A stretch of 64,000 nucleotides of DNA, taken from the NCBI GenBank assembly GCA_964577395.1, contig CAZNYQ010000006.1, positions 7,155 through 71,154 on the forward strand, read 5' to 3'. The position numbers and the translations under genes were made by a program. The DNA comes from an uncultured Candidatus Saccharibacteria bacterium (lineage in GTDB: Bacteria > Patescibacteriota > Minisyncoccia > JBAYJV01). Below the pieces are notes generated by a model. That model made no database searches. It worked only from the letters and a program-made list of their open reading frames with translations, and was not told the origin of the DNA. Positions 1 to 9,284 of the stretch are shown piece after piece (positions within the stretch are counted from its first letter, which is position 1; each line of letters opens with the position of its first letter).

Positions 1-2168
1 CTGATATTACCTATGGAACTAATAATGAATTTGGTTTTGATTATTTAAGAGATAATATGGTTTTTGACTTAGATAGACGTGCTCAAAGAGAACATGTCTA
101 TGCCATCATTGATGAAGTAGATTCAATTTTGATTGATGAGGCAAGAACTCCTTTGATCATTTCTCGACCCGATGAGCAATCAAGTGAATTATATAAAAAA
201 GTTAGTGGTTTAATTCCTCGCTTATCTGAGAATACTGACTACAATGTTGATGAAAAAATGCGCGCTGTTAGTCTAACGGAGGAAGGTATTAATCATGTTG
301 AACAGTTTTTAGGGATGAAAGATATTTATAGCGGTAATAACATAGATATTTTGCATCATCTTGAGCAAGCTTTAAAAGCAAATATTCTTTTTAAAAAAGA
401 CAAAGATTATGTTATTAAAGATGGTCAAGTTGTTATTGTTGATGATTTTACGGGTCGCTTGATGCCGGGCAGGCGTTATTCAGAAGGGTTACATCAAGCG
501 ATTGAAGCTAAAGAAGGCGTTGAGATTAAAAGAGAATCTAGAACATTGGCAACCATTACTTTTCAGAACTATTTTAAGCTATATGATAAATTAGCTGGAA
601 TGACAGGCACAGCTACCAGCAGCGCTGAAGAATTTCATAAAGTATATGATTTAGATGTAACTATTATTCCAACTCATAAACCTTTGATTAGAAAAGATAA
701 AGCAGATAGTATTTATCAAACTGAGCAAGGTAAATACAAAGCTATTATTAAAAAAGTTAAGGAAAGTGTTGCTAAAAATCAGCCGGTTTTAATTGGAACA
801 ATTTCAATTGAAAAAAATGAATATTTATCAGCTCTTTTTAAAAAAGAAGGCGTTAAACATAACCTTTTAAATGCTAAACATCATGAACAAGAAGGAGAAA
901 TTATTGCTCAAGCAGGTCAACCTGGCAATGTAACTGTTGCTACTAATATGGCAGGTCGGGGTGTTGATATTGTTTTAGGCGGTAATCCGCCGACTAAAGA
1001 AGCAGCTGACAAAGTAAAAGAAGCAGGTGGTTTGTGTGTTATAGGGACAGAAAGGCATGAAGCTCGCCGGATTGATAATCAATTAAGAGGTCGTTCAGGG
1101 AGGCAGGGTGATCCTGGAGAAAGCCAATTCTTTGTTTCCCTAGAAGATGATTTAATGAGAATTTTTGGGTCCGATAGAATTAAAAATTTAATGGGTAAGT
1201 TTGGGGTACCCGAAGACCAACCTATTGAAAATGCTATGGTTTCTCGCGCTATTGAGTCAGCTCAAGCAAAAATTGAAGGGTTTCACTTTGATGCTCGTAA
1301 GCATGTCTTGGAATATGATAATGTAATGAATGCTCATCGCACAACAATCTATAAGAAAAGGAAAAATATTTTAAAAAGCGATAATTTATTTAAAATATTG
1401 AAAGAGTATTTAAATAAAGAAATTGATGAATTGATTAATGCACTTTTACAAGGCAAGCAGTCGGCTCAATGGCAGATAGAGGAATTATCTGAAGAAGTTC
1501 AAACTTTATTTAATTTAGATAAAAATCTTCATAAAGATTTTATTAATTTAAGCAAGGAAAATCTTCCGCCTGAAAAACAAAAAGAGGAAATGCGCGCTTT
1601 AATTTTTAAATCAAGCGTGGCAAAGATTAAAACCATAAGACAAGAAATGGGAGAAAGTAATTTTAATGATTTTAATAAAGCATTGTTTTTAAGCACGATT
1701 GATTTTTACTGGATGGAACATTTAGATGGTATGAGTCATTTAAGAGATAGTGTTAGATTAAGAGCTTATGGACAAAGGGATCCTTTAGTGGAGTATAAAA
1801 ATGAAGGTTATCAAAGATTCAAAGAGTTGCTTGGCGACATTAGGAACGAAGTACTCAAGAGAATTTTTAGAATTGAGATACGTCCGCAAAATCCTCAAAC
1901 AATTTTTCAAAAACAACCTCAAAATTTTATCCTTAAAGGTGCTGCTAAAACTCAAGATAAAAAACAACAAGATGTTTTTTCTTCCCAGAAAACGCCAGCT
2001 CATCAACCAGCTCAGCAAAGTAATCGTCAGGCAGATGAATTAAAAAAACAAGGTGCTAGAATTGCGCCTAATATTCCTGATAAATTTAGGCATGCAGGCA
2101 GAAATGATCCTTGTCCTTGTGGTTCAGGTAAGAAATATAAAAAATGTTGTTGGGATAAGTATCACTAA
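1..2168 (+). CDS. secA: Preprotein translocase SecA, C-terminal ~700 aa; the 5' end lies upstream of the window
   Basis: The translation has the SecA helicase-like and scaffold regions and ends in the canonical zinc-binding tail CPCGSGKKYKKCC. The reading frame is open to position 1, so the first Met in the track (57) is internal. Confidence 0.93.
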   Translation, partial: DITYGTNNEFGFDYLRDNMVFDLDRRAQREHVYAIIDEVDSILIDEARTPLIISRPDEQSSELYKKVSGLIPRLSENTDYNVDEKMRAVSLTEEGINHVEQFLGMKDIYSGNNIDILHHLEQALKANILFKKDKDYVIKDGQVVIVDDFTGRLMPGRRYSEGLHQAIEAKEGVEIKRESRTLATITFQNYFKLYDKLAGMTGTATSSAEEFHKVYDLDVTIIPTHKPLIRKDKADSIYQTEQGKYKAIIKKVKESVAKNQPVLIGTISIEKNEYLSALFKKEGVKHNLLNAKHHEQEGEIIAQAGQPGNVTVATNMAGRGVDIVLGGNPPTKEAADKVKEAGGLCVIGTERHEARRIDNQLRGRSGRQGDPGESQFFVSLEDDLMRIFGSDRIKNLMGKFGVPEDQPIENAMVSRAIESAQAKIEGFHFDARKHVLEYDNVMNAHRTTIYKKRKNILKSDNLFKILKEYLNKEIDELINALLQGKQSAQWQIEELSEEVQTLFNLDKNLHKDFINLSKENLPPEKQKEEMRALIFKSSVAKIKTIRQEMGESNFNDFNKALFLSTIDFYWMEHLDGMSHLRDSVRLRAYGQRDPLVEYKNEGYQRFKELLGDIRNEVLKRIFRIEIRPQNPQTIFQKQPQNFILKGAAKTQDKKQQDVFSSQKTPAHQPAQQSNRQADELKKQGARIAPNIPDKFRHAGRNDPCPCGSGKKYKKCCWDKYH

Positions 2169-2292
2169 TACGAACATTTTTTGACGGAAGAGTAAAAATG
2201 TTGTTGGGATAAGTATCATTAATTAGCCCTTATTGATTTCATGTAATTATTTACTGTGATCAATTAGACTAATTTTAGATATATATAATTAA

Positions 2293-2325
2293 AACAGTCT
2301 ATTTTTATAAGACTGTTTTTTTTAT
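2293..2325 (+). terminator. Rho-independent terminator after secA
   Basis: Hairpin acagtc-N11-gactgt followed by a T run of about 9. Confidence 0.6.
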
Positions 2326-2326
2326 A

Positions 2327-2366
2327 TTTATCCACTTAATATTAATTTTTTATACGATATAATAAT
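2327..2366 (+). promoter_or_regulatory. Conserved 40-nt promoter cassette, copy 1, upstream of the 975-aa surface protein
   Basis: TTTATCCACTTAATATTAATTTTTTATACGATATAATAAT contains a TATAAT -10 and the 10-bp palindrome TTAATATTAA. It is 39/40 identical to the copy at 5376-5414. Confidence 0.55.
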
Positions 2367-2392
2367 ATGTTTAGTAGTTTGTTTTTTTTAAT

Positions 2393-5320
2393 ATGTTTCA
2401 TCAAGCAAAAAATCATTTTATTATTTCTCTTATTTTAATTTTATCTTTAACGATAGTAGGTTTTTTGATTTTTGATAAGAATGATGTGAGCGCAACAAAC
2501 TTAACCTGCGCTGATTCAGATGGGGGTAAGGATTATTATAGCCAAGGATATGTTTCAGTTGATGACGGATATAACAAAGAATGGGATTTGTGCGCTTATA
2601 ATTCTGATAATGACGAATACTTTCTTTATGAAAATTATTGCGAAGACAATCAATTAAAGACAAAAGCTTATCCTTGTCCAGACGGGTGTACAAAAGGCGC
2701 CTGTGTAAAAAAGGAAAAATTTGTTACTATTACTTCTCCAAATGGAGGAGAAAGACTAAATAATGGGGAAACTTATGATATTACATGGAATTCTCAGGGC
2801 GTGGACAATATCTATATTTCGCTTGTTGCGAAAGATGATTCCATTCAAACCATAGACATAGCATATGATGTGCCTGCCTCCTCAGGTAAATATTCTTGGA
2901 AGGTTAACACATCTTATGAAGGGGAATATAAGATTTACATTAAAGATAGTACCTGTTTGGGTGGCTATTGGCCAAGCGAGAGTCTTTATGATTATAGTGA
3001 TGAATATTTTACTATTATCAGGGATACTAATGATATAATAGATATTGATTTTGAGGTAGTCCAGGTGGAAGGATTTGAAGTTGTTCCAGATATTATTCCT
3101 TATAATGCTTTATTCACAGTTAGATGGAATGCCCCGGGGGCAAGTTATTGTGATGCTGGCGGAGATGCTCTCCCTTTGTCTGAAGAAGACACTGGAATGA
3201 TTGATGACTATGTGATAGAAAATTGGCCTGATTTAACTGTGCTGCCAAATTCAGGCACTAAGACTTTATATGCTCGAGTAAAAACCAGTGGTTATGTTAC
3301 ACCGCTGACAATAAAGATTTTCTGTGGCAATGCTGTTAAAGAGTTAACTGTTGATACGATTTCTTATGAAGTTCCTCTAAATCAACCTGCATGTGGTACT
3401 ATCTCTGTTTCGTCAAATAAAGTAAAGACAGGTGAGCAATTTACTGTTACTGTTAAAGGATCTGATAGTGAAGGGCTAGATAGATTACTCGTGGGTCGTC
3501 CTAATGCCGGATGGATATCTCGTTCAGCTGATGGCGCTACAAATTCCGAAGCTGATTTTGTTTTTTCTGAATCTGAACCAGGAATTTACTATTATGATGG
3601 AGATGTTATCGGTACGCGGCCTAATGGAAGCAGAGACCAAATCAGGACTAACCCCAAGTCTGTTAAAGTAGAAGTGATTGAGGCAGGACAAGAAGTGGTT
3701 GATTGCGCTAAAGAATATGGTGAAGAGTATTGGTGTGGTAGCTACGAAGATTGGCAGAATGAATGTCAAGGAGAAGGCAACACAATTTCTTTAGAGCAAG
3801 GTAATAAAGTTTGCAAAGGAACAGATTGGCCGTTGAGTTATTGTGTTACTTGTAAAAGCGCGCCTCCTGAATTTTATTATCCTCACGATGGTGCCATTCT
3901 TCATACTCTCAACCCCCAATTTATCACGGAAAATGTTAAGGCGGGTAAATATTACCAATTGGGCATATGGCAAGGAGAACAAATTTTACCTGAAGAGCAA
4001 TTACTTACATGGATTAACGCTATTCAAGAAGAATGGGAAGTGAACACAAGTCAGGAAGGTCCAGTTGGACAATTTAAGTGGAATCAAACTTATACCACTG
4101 CTATTAGAGAATGTAACAGTGATAGTTTTTCTAATTGTGACGGATGGACAGATTCGATTATTTTTAGTATTGAGCCAGGGGAAATTGTTTATGAATCAGA
4201 TCAGGGGAAAGATTACTATAATCAAGGATATATTAGCGTAGACGCAGAGGTAATGATAGACGAGTGCTTATGCACAATAAGAAAAAGCGCAAAAGATAGT
4301 AATGTTCTAATAGAATATTATTCTACTGAAGATACTGATAGTCCTGTTGCCCAAATTCAATATGAATGTCCTTATGGTTGTGCGGATGGACGATGTCTTA
4401 AAGAAGAGGAAAAAAGCACAATTTCTACCTGCGTAGATTCAGACGGGGGAAAAGATTATTATACTAAGGGGAAATTGAGCTACGAAAATAACCCCAATAG
4501 GATAACAGAAGAACAGGATACTTGTTTAAATGAAAATTATCTACTTGAAAGATTTTGTGGCGATTCGAAAGATGTTAGTCAAAATCGAGAAAAGTATTTT
4601 TGCGTCTATGGCTGTGAAGATGGGGCATGTATTAAAGAACCTTCAGCCTGTCTTCCCGATGGTACCCTGATAAAACTTCCCAATGATCCCAAGATTTATG
4701 TAATTCAGAACTGTCAGAAAAAATGGATAAGAACTCAGGAAGAGTTTAAACAAAGAGGATATAAATGGGAGGATGTACAAGAAAAACCTTCTGATGTTGT
4801 CAATGCCTACTCTAATTATTTAGAAACTCAAGCCGAATTATTAAAAGCAATTGGTCAAAATAAAGTTTATCGCATTGTTAACGGTAAAAAACTTTTTATT
4901 CCCACTATTGCTGCCTTTAACGCTCAAGGATTAAAATGGGAAGATGTTGAAGATAAATCTACGGTAGAAATCAATCAATATCCTCGTGCTAAGCTTTTAA
5001 AGAGTAAAAACAAAGAAGATATTTATTATATTACTGAATCAGGATTGAGACGCCAAATTCCTAACGACGAAGTCTTTAATTCTTATGGCAATAAATGGGA
5101 AGACGTTCTTGAAGTTGAACAGGATATTATTGAATCTTATGAAGTTTGTAATTTGATTAAACCTGAAAACAGCTATCAAGTTTATAAATTAGAAGGCGAT
5201 ATAAAACGATGGATTAAAACAGCAGATGTTTTTAACAGACTAAGCTATAGCTGGTCAAAAGTTGCTCCGGTGAACGAAGTAGAATTCAATAATTATCAGG
5301 AAGGAGAAGCAATTGATTAG
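2393..5320 (+). CDS. Large secreted or membrane-anchored Cys-rich repeat protein (hypothetical surface protein)
   Basis: N-terminal hydrophobic signal-anchor. Three ~70-aa six-Cys modules begin C.DSDGGKDYY..GY and end C.YGC.DGAC.KE. There are beta-sandwich-like segments and four C-terminal ~50-aa repeats centred on G.KWEDV. Confidence 0.7.
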   Translation: MFHQAKNHFIISLILILSLTIVGFLIFDKNDVSATNLTCADSDGGKDYYSQGYVSVDDGYNKEWDLCAYNSDNDEYFLYENYCEDNQLKTKAYPCPDGCTKGACVKKEKFVTITSPNGGERLNNGETYDITWNSQGVDNIYISLVAKDDSIQTIDIAYDVPASSGKYSWKVNTSYEGEYKIYIKDSTCLGGYWPSESLYDYSDEYFTIIRDTNDIIDIDFEVVQVEGFEVVPDIIPYNALFTVRWNAPGASYCDAGGDALPLSEEDTGMIDDYVIENWPDLTVLPNSGTKTLYARVKTSGYVTPLTIKIFCGNAVKELTVDTISYEVPLNQPACGTISVSSNKVKTGEQFTVTVKGSDSEGLDRLLVGRPNAGWISRSADGATNSEADFVFSESEPGIYYYDGDVIGTRPNGSRDQIRTNPKSVKVEVIEAGQEVVDCAKEYGEEYWCGSYEDWQNECQGEGNTISLEQGNKVCKGTDWPLSYCVTCKSAPPEFYYPHDGAILHTLNPQFITENVKAGKYYQLGIWQGEQILPEEQLLTWINAIQEEWEVNTSQEGPVGQFKWNQTYTTAIRECNSDSFSNCDGWTDSIIFSIEPGEIVYESDQGKDYYNQGYISVDAEVMIDECLCTIRKSAKDSNVLIEYYSTEDTDSPVAQIQYECPYGCADGRCLKEEEKSTISTCVDSDGGKDYYTKGKLSYENNPNRITEEQDTCLNENYLLERFCGDSKDVSQNREKYFCVYGCEDGACIKEPSACLPDGTLIKLPNDPKIYVIQNCQKKWIRTQEEFKQRGYKWEDVQEKPSDVVNAYSNYLETQAELLKAIGQNKVYRIVNGKKLFIPTIAAFNAQGLKWEDVEDKSTVEINQYPRAKLLKSKNKEDIYYITESGLRRQIPNDEVFNSYGNKWEDVLEVEQDIIESYEVCNLIKPENSYQVYKLEGDIKRWIKTADVFNRLSYSWSKVAPVNEVEFNNYQEGEAID

Positions 5321-5347
5321 TTAGCATAGTAATTAAATAGTTACTAA

Positions 5348-5375
5348 AAATGTGGTAATTTAGTTATTACATTTT
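5348..5375 (+). terminator. Probable terminator after the 975-aa gene
   Basis: Imperfect hairpin tgtggtaa/ttattaca followed by T7. Confidence 0.4.
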
Positions 5376-5414
5376 TTTATCCACTTAATATTAATTTTAT
5401 ATACGATATAATAA
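5376..5414 (+). promoter_or_regulatory. Conserved promoter cassette, copy 2, upstream of gap
   Basis: Near-identical to 2327-2366 and includes the TTAATATTAA palindrome and GATATAAT. Confidence 0.55.
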
Positions 5415-5463
5415 ATAATTAGGAGGGAGATATCTCTTAAGTTTTGTAATATATATTAAAATT

Positions 5464-6486
5464 ATGATTAAATTAGCTATCAATGGCTTTGGTAGAATTG
5501 GTCGTGCTTTTTTAAAAATTGCTTTAGAAAAAGCAGATGAAGTTGAGATTGTAGCAATTAATGATTTAACAGATGAAAAGAACCTTGCTTATCTTTTAAA
5601 ACACGATACAGTTTATGGAAATTATGATAAAGAAGTGACGCCTTTAGACGAAAATGGCCAAAAATATTTAAAAATTGGTTCTCAAAAAATTCTTAGTTTA
5701 ACCGAGAAAAATCCTGCTCAATTACCGTGGGAGAAATTAAATATTGATGTTGTTATAGAAGCAACAGGCTTTTTTATAGATAATGAAGGTGCTTCGCAAC
5801 ATTTGAAAGCTGGTGCTAAGAGGGTGGTTATTACAGCTCCTGCGAAAGGAGAAATTAAGCATTTACTTTTAGGTAGCAGTGATAAGGAATTTCAACAAGA
5901 CAATTTAGCTAAAATTACATCTAATGGTTCTTGTACGACAAATGCTGTTGCTCCGGTTATGTCAATTTTATCTGAAACTATTGGAGTAAAAAAAGCAGTT
6001 CTTAATACAATTCATTCATATACTTCTACCCAATCTCTTGTTGATGGACCTCATAAAAAGTTACGTCGCGGTAGAGCTGCTGCTCATAATGTTGTCCCAA
6101 CAACTACAGGCGCTGCAATTGTTACCACAAAAGTTGTGCCTAACTTAATGAATAAATTTGACGGCATTGCCTTAAGGGTTCCTACTATATGCGGTTCTAT
6201 TGCAGATATTACCTTTATTGCAGCGAAACCGACCAGTATTGAAGAAATATCAGTTATTTTTCAGAAAGCAGAGAAAGAAGAACGCTGGCAAGGAATTCTT
6301 AAAACTACTCAAGAAGAATTAGTTTCTTCGGATATTATTCAGAGTAAATATGCTTCTATTGTTGATCTTAATATGACTAAAGTAATTGATGGTGACTTAG
6401 TAAAGATTTTAGCTTGGTATGATAATGAATGGGGATATTGTAATACCTTACTTGAACATATTTTACGTGTTTGTAAAGTTTCATGA
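5464..6486 (+). CDS. gap: Glyceraldehyde-3-phosphate dehydrogenase, type I
   Basis: N-terminal INGFGRIGR Rossmann motif and the catalytic SCTTN motif. Confidence 0.95.
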   Translation: MIKLAINGFGRIGRAFLKIALEKADEVEIVAINDLTDEKNLAYLLKHDTVYGNYDKEVTPLDENGQKYLKIGSQKILSLTEKNPAQLPWEKLNIDVVIEATGFFIDNEGASQHLKAGAKRVVITAPAKGEIKHLLLGSSDKEFQQDNLAKITSNGSCTTNAVAPVMSILSETIGVKKAVLNTIHSYTSTQSLVDGPHKKLRRGRAAAHNVVPTTTGAAIVTTKVVPNLMNKFDGIALRVPTICGSIADITFIAAKPTSIEEISVIFQKAEKEERWQGILKTTQEELVSSDIIQSKYASIVDLNMTKVIDGDLVKILAWYDNEWGYCNTLLEHILRVCKVS

Positions 6487-6920
6487 TTTATTTAGGGGCA
6501 GATCATAAAGGATTTCATCTTAAAGAAGCTTTAAAAAAATATTTAAAGGAGCTTGAATTTGACTATATAGATATGGGAAATCAGCAGTATAATCAAGAAG
6601 ATGATTTTCCAGATTTTGGTAAAAGTGTTGCTCGTAAAATAGCCGAAGTGCCTGATAAAAATATGGGAGTTTTAATATGTGGTTCGGGAGTGGGAATGGA
6701 TATTGTAGCTAATAGGCAGACTGGTGTGAGATCTGTTTTGGCTTTTAGTCCTGAACATGCTCAAGCTTCTAAAAAAGAAGATAATACAAATATCTTAAGC
6801 TTAGCAGCTGACTTTTTAACAGAAGAACAAGCTAAGAATATATTATTGGCTTGGCTTGAAGCAGATTTTGACAAAGCACCTAAAAGAATAAGGCGTCTTG
6901 AAAAGATAGAGGAAGTTTAA
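6483..6920 (+). CDS. rpiB: Ribose-5-phosphate isomerase B (RpiB/LacAB family)
   Basis: Matches the RpiB family at the MIYLGADHKGF start and the CGSGVGM motif. The start overlaps the gap stop by 4 nt. Confidence 0.85.
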   Translation: MIYLGADHKGFHLKEALKKYLKELEFDYIDMGNQQYNQEDDFPDFGKSVARKIAEVPDKNMGVLICGSGVGMDIVANRQTGVRSVLAFSPEHAQASKKEDNTNILSLAADFLTEEQAKNILLAWLEADFDKAPKRIRRLEKIEEV

Positions 6921-6924
6921 TTTT

Positions 6925-7485
6925 ATGGAAAAGTTTTATTGTTATGTAGATGAGACAGGTCAGGATACAGCCGGAGAACTATTTTTAGTAGCCGTAGTTC
7001 TTACTGATGAAGAGAAGATAAAAGTAAGGGAACAGCTTTTAGGAATAGAAAATACCAGCAAAAGAAGAAAACTTAAATGGAATAAAACAGACCTAAAAAG
7101 AAAAAGAAAATACCTACATTTATTATTAACAATTCCTTCTGTTCATTGTAAAATATATTTCTCAAATTATAAGAACACGGAGGATTATATGTACCTTACT
7201 GCGTTTACAACAGCTAAAGCAGTTCTTAAAAAAGCAAAAAAAGATTATAAAGTAACAGTCTTAGTAGATGGCCTTAAAAGAAAAGAGGTGAGACAATTTT
7301 CTAGAATATTATATAAATTTGATATCAAAATAAAAAAAGTTCGTGGCATTAAAGATGAAAGCGATGTATTAATAAGATTAGCAGATAGCATGGCTGGCTT
7401 TATTAGGGATGCTATAGAGAAGCAATCTTATACTACAGATATTTATAAAAGATTTTTAGATAAAAATTTTATCAAGAAAGTTTGA
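6925..7485 (+). CDS. Hypothetical protein with a DUF3800-like N-terminus
   Basis: N-terminal YCYVDETGQD resembles the (Y/F)IDESG start of DUF3800 proteins. There are no other recognisable motifs. Confidence 0.45.
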   Translation: MEKFYCYVDETGQDTAGELFLVAVVLTDEEKIKVREQLLGIENTSKRRKLKWNKTDLKRKRKYLHLLLTIPSVHCKIYFSNYKNTEDYMYLTAFTTAKAVLKKAKKDYKVTVLVDGLKRKEVRQFSRILYKFDIKIKKVRGIKDESDVLIRLADSMAGFIRDAIEKQSYTTDIYKRFLDKNFIKKV

Positions 7486-7806
7486 TAAAAAGAAAACCCC
7501 CATGGTTAGGGGGAACAATCTATCTTGCTAAAGAGCAAGCACCTGCCATACGGTCAGTATTCGATTGCTATTTAATTATATTTTAGCGCATAAAAATATT
7601 TTGTCAAATTTTTATAAGTATTAGAAAGAGAAATATTGTTTTGGTAAACAATTAGAAGAAAATATATTGAAAGTATTTTAATTTATTCTAATTATTGAGT
7701 TATTCAATAAATTGGCAATAGAAATAAGAAGTAATGATAAGGTTATATATAAAAATTTTATTATTTTCTTAAGTTGACTTACTTTAAATTAAAAGATTAA
7801 TAAAAC

Positions 7807-8460
7807 ATGGAAATTATTCCCGCAATTTTAGAGACAGATTTTAAAGAATTGCAATCAAAGATTAAAAAAGCTGAATCCCATTTTAAAAGAGCCCAGATTG
7901 ATGTTGGCGATGGTATTTTTGTGCCTGATAAGTTTGGTTGTCTTAATAAAATTACGCAACTTAAGACAGAGATGGAATTAGAATTTCATTTAATGGTAGC
8001 TCAGCCCTGGAAAATTATAGAGCAACTTAAAAAATCTCAATTAAGAAAAGTTAGTTTTCATTACGAAAGTTTTTTTAGCGTTCCTAAAAAGAATCGTACT
8101 TTTGCTATTAATAATTTAATTAACAGTCTTAAAAAGAATAATTATCAGGTCGCTATAGCCCTTAATCCTTTAACTAATCCTTCTTTTATACATGATTTTC
8201 TCGGTAAGATTGATGAAGTCTTAATTTTAGGAGTAACACCTGGTAAGCAAGGGCAAAAATTTCAAGAAGTTGTCTTACGAAAAGTTCAATTTTTAAAAAA
8301 TCTTCAAAATAATCTTTATATTGGTATTGACGGAGGTGTTAATGATAAAAATATTCAAAAAATTGTTCAAACTCAAGTAGATAGAATATATATTGGGAGT
8401 TTTTTATGGAAAGATTTTAAAAAAACTATCCAGTTTTTAAAAGATAAGAAATATTTATGA
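7807..8460 (+). CDS. Divergent ribulose-phosphate 3-epimerase-like TIM-barrel protein
   Basis: IDVGDGIFVPD resembles the Rpe motif DVMDGHFVPN, and there is a later GIDGGVN segment. It sits between rpiB and tkt. Confidence 0.5.
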   Translation: MEIIPAILETDFKELQSKIKKAESHFKRAQIDVGDGIFVPDKFGCLNKITQLKTEMELEFHLMVAQPWKIIEQLKKSQLRKVSFHYESFFSVPKKNRTFAINNLINSLKKNNYQVAIALNPLTNPSFIHDFLGKIDEVLILGVTPGKQGQKFQEVVLRKVQFLKNLQNNLYIGIDGGVNDKNIQKIVQTQVDRIYIGSFLWKDFKKTIQFLKDKKYL

Positions 8461-9284
8461 CTAATCAAGAATTAAAAAAACTTTCTTACATTGTTAGACA
8501 AGATATTATTAAAATGATTACTAAGGCTGGTTCAGGACATCCGGCTGGTTCTTTGGGCATTGTAGAGATTTTAGTTGTTCTGTATGGACAAATTTTAGAA
8601 CACAGGCCTCAAAAACCAAACTGGTTTGGCAGGGATCGTTTTATTCTATCAGCTGGTCATTTATGCCCAGCTCTTTACTCTGTTTTAGCTAGGCATGGCT
8701 ATTTTGATGTTGAGAAATTAGCAACTTTAAGAGAATTAGGTAGTTTTTTACAGGGTCACCCAGCTCTTACAAAGACAGCTTTTATAGAAGCTTCAACTGG
8801 ATCTCTCGGGCATGGTCTATCAATAGCATGTGGTATGAGCTTAGTAGCTCAAATAGATAAAAAAGATTATGATGTGTGGGTTTTAATGTCAGATGCCGAA
8901 CAACAAGAAGGTGCTGTTTGGGAAGCTGCTATGTTAGCAGATAAATATAAATTAGGTAATTTAAAAGCTATCATAGACTATAATAATATTCAGCTTAGTG
9001 GGGACACTACAGGCATTATGCCTATTGAACCTTTAGAAAAAAAATATGTAAGTTTTGGATGGCAAGTTTTTAAAACTGATGGTCATGACTTAGATGATTT
9101 AAAAAAGGTTTTTTTAAGAGCACAGCAATACGATAACGGCCCTTGCGTTGTTTTAGTAAAAACTGTACCTGGCAAAGGAGTATCTTTTATGGAAGGAAAG
9201 TGGCAATGGCATGGTAGAGCCTTGAGTGCTGAGCAAACCAATGAAGCACTTCGAGAACTTAAAAGTAATTTTGAAAATTCATGA
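8457..9284 (+). CDS. Transketolase, N-terminal (thiamine-diphosphate-binding) subunit
   Basis: GSGHPAGSLG, a GHL..ALY segment and a GSLGHGL segment. The gene is split as in archaeal and CPR-type transketolases. Confidence 0.9.
   Translation: MTNQELKKLSYIVRQDIIKMITKAGSGHPAGSLGIVEILVVLYGQILEHRPQKPNWFGRDRFILSAGHLCPALYSVLARHGYFDVEKLATLRELGSFLQGHPALTKTAFIEASTGSLGHGLSIACGMSLVAQIDKKDYDVWVLMSDAEQQEGAVWEAAMLADKYKLGNLKAIIDYNNIQLSGDTTGIMPIEPLEKKYVSFGWQVFKTDGHDLDDLKKVFLRAQQYDNGPCVVLVKTVPGKGVSFMEGKWQWHGRALSAEQTNEALRELKSNFENS

Noticed and set aside
1785-2043. Two short ORFs (minus 77 aa, plus 80 aa) inside the secA 3' region
   Set aside because: Both lie within or antisense to the well-supported SecA frame. 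They are AT-rich frame artefacts with no SD or motifs.
5421-5427. AGGAGGG SD-like sequence downstream of promoter cassette copy 2
   Set aside because: It lies 37 nt before the gap ATG, which is too far to act as its SD, and no start codon follows at functional spacing. It is probably fortuitous.
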